Origin: Utricularia gibba
Taxonomy: Eukaryota; Plantae; Magnoliophyta
DNA: 64,000 nt
Direction of reading: 5' to 3'
Assembly (NCBI GenBank): GCA_002189035.1
Contig: NEEC01000002.1
Span: 5,084,001-5,148,000 of the forward strand
The notes under the pieces are model-generated. The model did no database searches. It was not told where the DNA came from and saw only the letters and a list, made by a program, of their open reading frames with translations. This document shows, in pieces, positions 13,150 to 24,678 of this stretch. The number at the start of each line of letters is the position of its first letter. The first letter of the stretch is position 1. The position numbers were made by a program, and so were the translations under genes.

Positions 13150-13613
13150 ACTTGGGTCTTTCATATAGATAATGTGTTTGGGCCATGTTTTTCCATTATA
13201 AACATAACAAGCACATTTTTGTTTCCTGTACATGTGTTTTTTGTGACATAAGAAGTAGGTGTATGCTATTGCTCTGTGTTCGACGATTTTGTCTCTGAAG
13301 CTAGGTATCTCGACTCTGTACACATGGAGATTCTTGACAACAATTCTGCCTCAACGTGCATGCTTTAGGGTTTCTCGTGCAAGTCCTCAAATCAAGTTGT
13401 TTCTTTTCATCTTTTGGGTCCGCATATTGCTTTGCCTCGGTTCATCTTTTGGACGTCTGTAAAACCTACTGATTAATTCCTTGTTATAAAATATGTAGGT
13501 TTTTGTGGATTATCCTCGGATTGCTATTGTAAATTTGGGTTACCGTAGAATTCGTGAGGTGAACCACGTTAATTTTGTTGTGATGTTTTGTTTGACTTAG
13601 AAAACAATTTAAC
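13150..13613 (+). mobile_element. Probable LTR fragment of another Copia family
   Basis: U5-like ending gaggtgaaccacgttaattt...aaaacaatttaaca. No TSD or second copy found. Confidence 0.35.
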
Positions 13614-13802
13614 AATAATAGATCACATACATAAAATTTTGGGCTAGGGCCTCGTCAAGTTTATGGGACTGAGGGACCAAGGGGATCAAGTTTGTGATCA
13701 CATACAATAATAGTTCACATACAATAATAGTTTGTGATCTATTTATATGATCTATTATTGTGATCACATACAATAATAGATCACAAGTTTATGGGACCGA
13801 GA

Positions 13803-14095
13803 GGAATCGATGATGATATGCAGTTCCTCAAAGAAATGAAGGAGCTAAACGTGCGTACATGCGAGGAGCTATGTCAATTGGGATTAATAGTGTTGCAGCA
13901 AGCACGAGAGTTGGCGGACAATCAGCACTAGGCAGAGGAGATCATAAGAGGTATGCTGCTGAAACTTTCTGCAATCGAACGGTTTACCATAGCAGAGATG
14001 ATTAGCTCCAACCCTACGAGATTGCATTACTTCCTTACCTCTAGTGCTGCAAAAAAGAGCTGATTGTGCATAGTCTAGCATCCGAACGTAGATCT
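13803..14095 (+). pseudogene. C-terminal fragment resembling PIF/Harbinger ORF1 (Myb/SANT-like partner protein)
   Basis: Translates as DDDMQFLKEMKELNVRTCEELCQLGLIV...AEEIIRGMLLKLSAIERFTIAEMISSNPTRLHYFLT, similar to ORF1 C-termini, and lies convergent to a Harbinger transposase. Confidence 0.5.
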
Positions 14096-14939
14096 TAAAT
14101 TTATTGTGCGGTTTTGGCATTTTCTTGGACTCATGGGCTGTTAATGTATGTGTTCTAAAGACAATCAACTCATTGGCAAATCGTATCTTTTGATGCTTAC
14201 TTTCAATTGTGATCAAGTTTACATCATTGATAAAATCCTCTACTTGATCTATGTCTTATAGAAATTATGATGAGATCATAATGTGGGATTCTTCAAGTAT
14301 TTATGTTCAAGTTAAAATTTCCCCGGCTAGAGTATCTGTGAAATGAAGATATTACAAATACGGATAAGCTGGCACACATTGAGTTCCCTAAATTGTTTAG
14401 GCAATGGTTCTCACAATTGATGTAATAAGATTACTAGAACTTATGTGTGGGTGTCAATTAGAGAATCAATTCACTGGATGACTCATCTTCGAGAAGTTAC
14501 TATGGGAAGCTAACCAATGTCAGTAGCAAGATCTTGAATATCACAGCCGTGCAATTAAGCTTAGACTTGAGAAGGTTATTGATGGAGTGCCTTAAGTGTG
14601 GATACCATAGAGGCCGTCTACTATTGGCGGTTGGTGAATAACAGATTGCACTGAAAGGTATTTTCAGCATTCCTTTATCTGACGTATACCGTATTTCAAG
14701 TGAAAATTTTTTAAATTCCGCTGCTTTTCTAACATGCGATGTCTACGAGAAACCCAACAGGACTAGATGTATTTCATCTTCTAAGCATCTTCTAAGCAAA
14801 TATGTATGGTATTCCACATGAAAATATAGGTGAAGGATGACTACATGTAACTGGTATAAGCACCGCGTAGGGTAGACAATGTTCTGACGTCCTACGCGGA
14901 AGCATCACGTACGAACAAGCGCAATGTTCCGTTGTGAAG

Positions 14940-16143
14940 CACTACTCCCTAAATGCGGTGCTTTGAACCTTGGCACATCACAATCCGGTGCTACCGAGAA
15001 GCGATGCAATAGCACCGTGTTGGTATTGCCTATTACAAAGCACTGCATTTGGACACACGATTTAGTGGTCAGTCATGGCACACGATTGTGTAGTGACTTG
15101 TACGGCACATCTTTGATGAGTAATGTATTAAGACCGTGATATTCGCCCTTGAACTCAATGTTGGCGCCCCAAACATGAGTCAAAGGCTTCAGCTTAACCT
15201 ATGTCCACCATCTTGGATCCATCCCATCAAAAGACAAGCTTGTCGGTGGCTGTAGGTCCTAGTAACCACTGGACCACATCATGCAATTATTCATTGAAAC
15301 ATGTTCTCGATAAAATCAAAGGTCAACATCATGTGGACCCCACCACATGCTAAATGGACAATCTTACTATCCTCTCGAAGATCTTTTGGTGACGTCAAAG
15401 TGTTGCATGGAAAACTGTATCAACTCACGTGCACTTGGACGGAGATACACTACAACCATAACAATAGTACATATGCCACTGAACATGGCATCAAGTACGA
15501 GATTGGGATATGGAGTGCAGCAAGTATTTGCATCAAGAAAGGAAGTAGAGGCAGTCACAATCCACACCGAAAGTGTTCGGTGCTGACGATGAATCCTGTT
15601 GCTCCAACTTTGGCTGGCAATTCAGAATCGAACGTTTCACCAGCTTATTTATCCCACATTGCGTAAACATCGGGAATTGAGATGCGGGCACGTAGTTTTT
15701 CACACTTCAACATCTACCAAAAAAATAGAAATCATACTACCGAAAGAAAGGAAGAATCTGAAACGCATATGCGCACGCCATTACATGTTCTGCATACCGT
15801 CGCGAGGGTCTTGCAATGAGGTTGTGAAGGAATCCCGTGAATGCGGTGCTGCTACACGTATGCCGAAAGGATGGATGTGTAAGAGGATGATTAATGAAGT
15901 TATTTTGGAAAGTGACAATGTCAGGTGCCTTTATTGTGCGCAAGTAGGAATTAATAGCATTGGGCAGTTAACAACTGCCTTGCGTATTTAATGCTGGATA
16001 ATTGCACTATTTTAACTCATTTCTTATTGGAAAATAGAATACTAGATAAGGCAGCATGCAGTGCTATTGTGTACATAGTGTAATGCAGGTGTTCAGAAGC
16101 ACCGGATATTACGACTCGCGGTGTTTAGTAAAAGGGAGTAGTG
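14940..16143. mobile_element. Candidate non-autonomous CACTA element
   Basis: Perfect 11-bp inverted termini CACTACTCCCT (14940-14950) / AGGGAGTAGTG (16133-16143). AGCACCG motifs occur in both orientations near both ends. The flanks (aag/gtg) do not form a 3-bp TSD. Confidence 0.5.
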
Positions 16144-16590
16144 GTGTACTCCCAGTTATCCCAGCTAATATGGGGCATCTTCACACTCATGTATTACCAA
16201 ATTTTGGTGGCACTGGACAGGCTTAGGAACACACGGTGCTGCTAAGCGTGTAATGTCTTACAGGTCTTCTGAAGTACCTCGTCTGAAGATTGTGGTGCCA
16301 GCTCTAATGATCCATCATGTAGTACCGTGTTATTCCACGCTAACACGCAACACAGTGATAGAATCCCACCATCACTTGCAGCAAGCACCGGATACCATAA
16401 AAATCGGTGTTCATGTTGGAGTACACCCGATGTATGTATGACTCTAGACTGGATGTGTATGTGCACGATGGTTGTTATGACTTTGTAATGCATACAAGTT
16501 TTGGTTAACAAATCTAGTACAAACGTCATGATAGGTCTCAGATGGTCGTTTAGGAAAAGCAATAACACGACAATTTAAAGCAAGACTACA

Positions 16591-17520
16591 TTAGCGACAT
16601 CTGTGGGATGCGAGCCACTCGGTGTACATCACCTCAACTTGCTCGTCACGCCACCTATTCCATGCCTGATTTCCTTCAACAGACGTCGTGATGTCTTCTA
16701 TATCACTCATTTCCCTAGCTTCATTCTAGAAGTCCAATGGGACCTCATCCTCCAGGGGATCGATCACCATCTCCTTTCGAATGAGGTTATGGGGCAAAGC
16801 ACATGCCAATACAATCCGATTCTATGTATCTATCGAATAGTAGCTAGTCTACCGTATTATACCCCACCGCATCTTCATCAAGTCTCATGCTCGTTCGATC
16901 ACATTTCTGGCTGATGCATGCTGCATGTTGAATAGCTCTTTCACATTCTGGGGTACTCCATTTCCTTGTTCCCACTCCTTCAAGTGAATAGACTCCATGG
17001 TATGGTGCCAAAAGCCCTCTCTATTGGTGTATCTATTGTCACATTGGTAATATATTCCTGCGGCATCACATATTCATTGCCGGAAGCTATCGGATCTTGA
17101 GAGTGCATTATTTAGGATTCGACTATCTGCAACAGACCCCTCCCACCCAGCAAGCACATATATAAATTTTATGTTTTCATCACATACACCCAACACCCTT
17201 TCGATTTCTATACCTTGCAACTTCAGATTCCTTCACTCGTATACCGATGTATGTACCATTTATGGCCCCAATACAACCCTACAAATGTATAATCAATTGT
17301 AGCGACATTTTAAAAAACATGTATGAAAGATGTGTCTACCTGGAAGTATTTGAACTTTCCTTTAGATGCACGTTCTCCAACAACTATTGGGGTCTCTAAG
17401 AGCACCTCATGAAGGCAAAGAACCAAATGCAACACCTTTTGAAAGATCGAAACATAGTCTTAGTTCTCCTCCTATAAACATGTTTCTGCACTCGTATTTT
17501 TTTATGGTGACCTAATATTC
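16591..17520 (-). pseudogene. PIF/Harbinger (HARBI1-like DDE) transposase, 5' truncated
   Basis: GCIGAINGTYI...RYRNRKG...LGVCDENIKFIYVLAGWEGSVADSRIL; GFLAPY; KELFNMQHASARNVIERA; LMKMRWGII; LACALPHNLIR; C-terminal WNRWRDEQVEVMYTEW with stop at 16591. Confidence 0.9.
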
Positions 17521-17630
17521 CTAAAAACATGCAAATCATCTTTGGAATTGTAACATATTTTCTAGCCTTTAAACTCGAACGATTTTCTAACAGGCTATAT
17601 AAAATACCGAAGTGTTAAGTGTCATTTAAA

Positions 17631-17928
17631 CTAGAAAAATTAGATTTTTCTAAAGAAATAGAATATTTATCAATATAAATCCTAAATTGGACGACTTAAC
17701 ACTAAATTAGCATATTTATCAACTAGAAAATGACACTTAACACTTCCACTTGAGTGATGTGAACAGCACATCCATTGAGAACTTGAGAATCACTTTCACT
17801 CCATCACTCAAGTGGAAGTGTTAAGTGTCATTTTCTAGTTGATAAATATGCTAATCTAGTGTTAAGTCATCCAATTTAGGATTTATATTGATAAATATTC
17901 TATTTCTTTAGAAAAATCTAATTTTCTA
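17631..17928. repeat. Inverted repeat with ~128-bp arms and a 42-bp spacer at the 5' edge of a solo LTR
   Basis: 17631-17759 is the reverse complement of 17802-17928 with about 3 differences. Confidence 0.93.
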
Positions 17929-19052
17929 TTTATATTTTCTTTGTCTTTTTTATGCACTTTGACTGAAACGTGTCAAGAGGCAGTTGTGGAGTGTTGCAAG
18001 ATGCTTGCAGGAGACCAGACTTTGACTTTTCGTGCCTTGCACGCGACTTGGAACAATTGTGGGCGGAAGACTGATACTAGTCAAGGCCCCTGACTTACAA
18101 CATGTCAGAGTCTGCAATAATGATTGGGCACTTACTTGCACCCATGGGAAAGCTGGTGCCATACGCAAGATAGAAAGAATGATGGGAAGGGGAGTAAAAG
18201 GAGTAAATACACGTGGGGAATGAGATAAAACCAATTTGGAACAATCTCTTTCGAACTTTTGACATTTACTTTTCGCACTTAGAACTCTGGTTCTTCTTCT
18301 CCCCTAAGAGAGGAAGAACACTTTAGCTTTCCATTTTGTTTTCAGTTTTCATGGCCTTTTATGGCTAAACTCCTTTAGTTTCTAGGAGTAGATGAAGTTT
18401 TCTTCCAAGTCTTGAGTAATAAACTCAATTCTTCATTGAATTCATTTCGGATTTTGCATACTTCCATGCGTCTTATTGCAGTCTTTTCGTAATGTCTCCT
18501 AGTCACAATCCATGAGTAGCTGGCCACTTCTCACGGATTTTGATGAAGAGTAAGGTGAAGAGCACCATATTCAACCCTATCGATTCAAGGGAATTAGTGA
18601 ATTGTCTGTGATCGAGGTACTACAATAGTAGATAGGTAGTGACCTCATACCTGCCACTAGTCATTGGCAACAGCTGAGCACACGTACACAATTCGGTTTT
18701 GAAGGCAATCGACGTCAATATTCTTGTATTCTCAATCGTCCAAGGGGAACCACATGAGACTATTCCTTGCTCCTATAACCAACTATTCGGAATAAATAAG
18801 TGAAAGCCGAGGCAAGGATAGACAAAAAGAATAAAAGGAGTCAATTTCCTAAGAACTGCAACCCTTAGTCAATGTTCATTACTTAGATTATATATTTTAT
18901 TCTTATACTTCAAAAACCCATTTTTACAAATCTGTGATAATTTGTAAAAGTTTACTACAAAACATTTTTCGTAAAACTCAATTCTGTGAGATCGATACTC
19001 GTACTATGCTCTTTTGTGTTTAACATTTTACATACTAAAATTTGTTGAGGAA
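17819..19052 (+). mobile_element. Solo LTR, family B (Athila-like), 3' end truncated
   Basis: Starts TGTTAAGTGTCATTTTCTAG and is homologous to the reverse complement of 48343-49618 along its length. Similarity stops at ...ttgttgaggaag about 10 bp before the expected CA end. Confidence 0.85.
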
Positions 19053-19629
19053 GTTATTGAAATAAATAACAAAATAGAAAGAATCTATAGAATTAATTTT
19101 TTATTTCCAAATGCCACGGAAACACTAAATTTGCAAGGGTTTTATGGTAAGGACCTAAAGACATTGTCCATATAAATCTGAGAAATGGCTTCTCATTTCC
19201 CCTCGCGTTCAGGTTCAGCCCTATGCTTTATCGATCCATTTCTGGATCTTGGTCTTTCTTTCAAAACTTCTCGGTATCCAGATAATTTGATCTTCGAAGG
19301 GCTAGATTCGGGGGAAGTGTTCATTGATCAGAGTTGCAGAAGATTAGGGATTTGCTTACCGGCGCCACTTATAATACCAACGGACTAGTAACAGTTTTCG
19401 GATCTTTAAAGCTTTGTGTTTTCTTGTCCTCCCGTATGTTCAGATACTCGAAGGCAGACAACCTGGAATTACCGCAATCTCTTGTATTAGTTTTCAGCTG
19501 CGTCAGGCAATTGGATTTTACTTTCCGAAGTTGGTTTTCCGAATATTTGAGTTTTGGCCACTCGGGTTCTGTTCTTGATTTCAAAAGACTGGTGTAAACT
19601 TGGCCTAATCTCGTGGGATACGTTCGAGA

Positions 19630-21452
19630 ATGGATAAGAAGAAGGTTGTGGCTCCAATAGTTTGCCACGGGCATTCACGTCCAGTTGTGGATTTGTTCTA
19701 CAGCCCAATAACGCCTGATGGCTTCTTCCTTGTTAGTGCCAGCAAAGGTTCTTTTTCAAGTGAAAATTTCATTTCGATTTGCGGTTCTGCATTGTTACAT
19801 TTTTATGACGCATGTGATTGCATTTTTTTTTTTTTTTTGTGAAATGTAAAGAGAAGATGTCTTCCAAAATGCTAATTCCACATTCCTTTTTCAGACTCGA
19901 AGCCAATGTTGAGAAATGGTGAAACTGGAGATTGGATTGGGACCTTTCAAGGTCATAAGGGTGCCGTGTGGAGTTGCTGTTTGGATAGGCATGCTCTGCG
20001 TGCTGCCTCTGCCTCTGCAGATTTTTCAGCGTATGTAGTTTGATTCGTTCATCTTTATCATTACCCTGTTATGTTTCTATTATATTCAGTACGGAACAAG
20101 GAGTTTTGGTGGCTTTAAAAACCTGAAGTTTCAGGGAGGATGTTGCTTCGTTCTGAATGTCATTAGCTGCTGCAGGAAATTGTGGGATGCACTAACTGGC
20201 GATGAGTTGCATTCTTTTGAGCACAAACACATCGTCCGTGCGTGTGCCTTCTCAGAGGTGCTCATCCATTTCCTTTTGATGATTAATGGATCCTCATCCA
20301 CCCATTTCTACCAATGATTTTCCGTTGATGGTTTTTTGCCCTTCTATCATCATTCTTTTTTCTCACCAATTTTCAGGACACAAATCTGCTGTTAACTGGT
20401 GGAATGGAAAGGGTTCTTCGCATATTTGATCTGAATAGGCTGGATGCACCTCCCAGAGAAATTGAAAAGTCCCCTGGTTCTGTGAGATCACTTTCATGGC
20501 TTCACAGTGATCAAACAATCTTAGGTTCCTGCACTGATATGGGTGGAGTCAGGTAAGCATCAGCTATAAAATTTTCTTTAAGCTTACTGCACTCTATTCC
20601 ATTTTTGCCTCTTTTCTGGTGAGTTGGAATATATTGTACGATGAGAATGATGAACGGTATGCTGGCCTTGTTGGTTTACATCTGGATCCCTCTTCTGTTT
20701 ATATCTTTTATACGCGTAAACAGCAGTGGTGTGTCATCATGGCTTCCTTTTAACTAAATCATTTCTCTTGGATACATTTCACCTTTGTTGGTTGCGTTCC
20801 ACATGTTGTTTACGCCTGTGTTTCAGTTTATTTGACGTATTGCATGCCTCCTCCAGGCTGTGGGATGTGAGAACTGGCACAGTTGTGCGCACACTTGAGA
20901 CCAAGTCAAGTGTCACGAGTGCTGAAGTCAGCCAAGATGGCCGGTACATTACGACTGCTGATGGATCCACAGTGAAGTTTTGGGATGCAAATCAGTATGC
21001 CTCCTTGTTTTTTTCTATCGAGACTTCTCTGCTAGATTCATCTTACCGGGGGTGTTGTGATACACAGTTTTGGACTGGTGAAGAGTTGTGAGATGCCCTC
21101 CCCGTGGAATCAGCCTCGCTGGAGCCCAAGTATGGGAACAAGTTCGTTGCTGGTGGAGAAGACATGTGGATCCATGTATTCGATTTTCACACTGGGGAAC
21201 AAATTGGTACGCATGAGCATACTCCCAAGCAAATCAGTATGCCTCCTTATTTTCATTGCTGCAATGTGTGCAGCATGCAACAAGGGGCACCATGGTCCCG
21301 TCCATTGCGTACGGTTTTCGCCGGAGGGAAGGTCATATGCCTCCGGTTCGGAAGACGGAACCATTCGAATATGGCAGATAGGGGAGCAAGATGCAGGTGG
21401 TGCGGCTGCTGCTGCTTCGCAAGATGAGGAAGCAGAAGAAGATAGGAGCTGA
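19630..21452 (+). CDS. STRAP: Serine-threonine kinase receptor-associated protein (STRAP/UNRIP-type WD40), 7 coding exons, apparent 1-bp frameshift in exon 6
   Basis: Exons 19630-19747, 19895-20030, 20176-20257, 20377-20552, 20857-20994, 21068-21206 and 21274-21452, all GT-AG. Protein reads [54 protein letters not shown]...[16 protein letters not shown]...[13 protein letters not shown]. Confidence 0.93.
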
Positions 21453-24171
21453 GGTCGTGGTGACAGCGGCAAGCCGGTCATCACCAGCAAAGCCGAGTGA
21501 CTTGCAGCTGCTGTAGAATCACAACTGGTAGAATTCTGAATGAAGTCTCTGGTTCTCACACACACCACTTCTGTTTGCTGGCTCAAATTTTGAATCAAAA
21601 GGGGTTCAAATCTCGGAATCTAATAAATCAATTCTAATCCAGATTTAGATGATGCCAGTTACATCACTGCGTAGGCTAAAGAGTCCTGCACCACAATCGT
21701 TATAATTTTTTTTATCAATTATGTATACGTGTGTGAATTCTTCACCTCGTTAGAGATTGTTAAAATTTATCATAATATTATTTATACATATATATGAATT
21801 ACTAAAAATACAAATTTTATATATATATTGATTTCATACTATTGTTTGTATGAAAAATTACAAGTAAAGAAATTAATAAAATTTCGAATATTTTAATTAA
21901 TTATTTTTTAAAAATTTTGAATTAATTTTACAATTACAAAAATATATAATTTACAACTAATTGAAATAAAAAAGATTATGATTCATAAAATTTAAAAATT
22001 ATATACTCACTTACATATATAATAATATATAGTCAATTTCAATAACATTATTTATATTTATATTAAATTTAGATATTTTTTTTAAATTTATATAAAATAA
22101 TGCATGCGGGATGGTATGAAAAGGCAGCCCATGGGGCCAAAAAAATCGTACGGCTGAAATAAAGGTTGGATGCTTTATATTTAAGTAAAAAATCATTTTT
22201 TAAATCACAATGTTTCAGTTATTTTTATTTTACACTCAAATACTTTAATTTGTACAAAATTCAGTTAACAAGTTTACAAATAAACTCAATTTATGGCATG
22301 TTGGTCAAAAAATATTTTAAAAATTTTTATAATTTGAGATATATATTTTTAAATAGAACTAAAATTCAATATATATTTTTAAAATTATTTTTCTCAATTT
22401 TTAATATTTATTCTATGATATTTCTATCATTCAATTTTTTTGAAATTGAAACATCTTAATACTTATACGTGAACATAAATAATGTTTTTTTATCCTTTCT
22501 CTAAAGTACTACATCATCCTCGTATGTTTCTTCTTCAATTACACTAACTGTATCACATATAGTAACAAGCCTTTCATTTTGATACTTGAATTTGCATAAA
22601 TGTCTTTGATTAAAATTGAAATACGAAGAGATAAATGAAGTTTTGTGTATAGAATTATTATTTCTATAATACCATTTTGTAGGAAATTATAATAAATGAA
22701 ACTAGAAAAAATTGTAATAATTTTTCATAATTTTTTAGTATTTTTTGAATATTTTTTTAAAAATTTACAATATTTTTTAAAAATATATATTAAATTTTAA
22801 TTCTCTTTAAAAATATTTATCTCAAATTTTAAAAATTTTTAAAACAGTTTTTAATAGATATGCCATAAATTGAATTTATTGATAAATTTATTGACTGTAT
22901 TTTGCATAAATTAAAGTGTTTGAATATAAAATGAAAATAAATAAAATATTGTGACTTAAAAAATGATTTTTCACTTTATTTAATATCATAAGTTATATGT
23001 ATAATAATTCAAATAATCATATTTTATGAAATAGAAAATAATTAAAAAAACTTTAATGCCCTCGATTGAGTATGTCACTAATACCAATTGAATAATACGC
23101 AAAGCGTGTATTGCACTGGTCAATCCAGGGCTGTCTGACGAGGCACCGCTCCCACACAATGGGACATCATCCGCGGTGGTCAACCCAAATATGAAATTAC
23201 ATAAATAGCCGCCAACATCTAGGGCTTAATGAGTATTTTTTATCCGTGATTGTCATACTCCTATCACATTACAAACACATATAAATGACAATTAGTTATT
23301 TAATTACAGAGAAATAATGATGGTAACTTAAGTAAATAAAACTTCATCTTTCTTTACACGAAAAAAAGATGTTATTTCATAAATAATGAGTATTTTTTAT
23401 TTAATAAAGTTTTTATTAAAGGGGAAAAGATCATTCTTCCAATAATAAATCATTCTTTAAAAAAATGTTGTCTTCTTTAATGTACATAAAAATTCCTTTA
23501 TTTAATCCAAAAAACATGTTGGAACAAAAAAAAATCTATATACGTAGTAAATGTTTGGTAAAAGGAAAAAGAAGTAATTTCTTTATATAATGAATCCTTT
23601 AATAAAGTGAAAGTCATTAATTTACATAAAAAATCATTATAATTGGAGAAAAACAACATTTTTAACAAATCATAAACAAATAATATCTTTAATTGATTTT
23701 TTTAAAATAATTATAAAAATAAAATCTTACATGAACCTTAACTCTAATCCTAAAATCTAAAGCTTTAGGTTTGAGAAAAAATTTTATTGAACTTTAAATC
23801 ATTCCAAACCCAAAAGTCAAATCCCAATGAATACCAAAATAAAACGTAATTCACAAAACCTATATTTAAGAGAAAAATCATTTCACACAAACCATACCTT
23901 GGTTGCAAAGGAATTGGGCAGAACTTGAGGCGGCGAGTTTGCAATGGTGGCGATGGCGGCAATGGTCCAGAATTTTCTAATTGCTATGGTTCTAAATTAT
24001 TTTAATTACGAAATTACCTATGGATTATTTTTCTTATCAATGGTAACCCATGCTCGTATGTAATACATACTTACATGGGTTAGTCCTCACCTATGCTTGT
24101 ATGTGGAGGGGTATAGGAAATTCCATACATGCTCGGATGAAATTTATTATATGGGTCGAGTTTGACGATAG

Positions 24172-24678
24172 TATCTCAAGTTTCAGCTAATATAAAAGGT
24201 CTAATTACGAAGTTTCAAAATTACATTATAGTCCATTTAATTTACATTTTTTATAAATAGTTTAATCTCGAATTTATGAAATTATATATTTAACACCTCA
24301 TATTATCAAGTTAATCGATTTTGACCCTTAATGTCATTTTAACAATGCACTATTATAGACACAGTATTTACAACTTCCATTCTTATTTATTTGATGGTTT
24401 TACCCATACCAAACTTGAAAAATCACGATATACGAACACAATATAAAAGTCACTTCTTTGATTTGCCGAACTCTATATGCAAATGTAAAATTCTTATTAT
24501 CAAATTTTGTTGGATGTGAAACCAGAATTAATTCATAGCGTCATGAATCGGTCCTTGACATAAAAGTTCGAAAAAACTGTTTGAATTTTCCTTAGATGGC
24601 TTTGACAACTTGAGGTGACTTTTTTATAATTATGAAACTTGAAGTTTAAATTTTTTATATTGACTGAAACTTGAGATG
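24172..24678. mobile_element. Possible MITE (MULE-like) with ~55-bp imperfect TIRs
   Basis: tatctcaagtttcagctaatataaaagg at 24172 versus the reverse complement catctcaagtttcagtcaatataaaaaa ending at 24678. No TSD confirmed. Confidence 0.45.

Noticed and set aside
14220-14700. Faint CACTA transposase-like words (FRQWF, YYGKL)
   Set aside because: Too short and not in a sustained frame to support a call without a profile search
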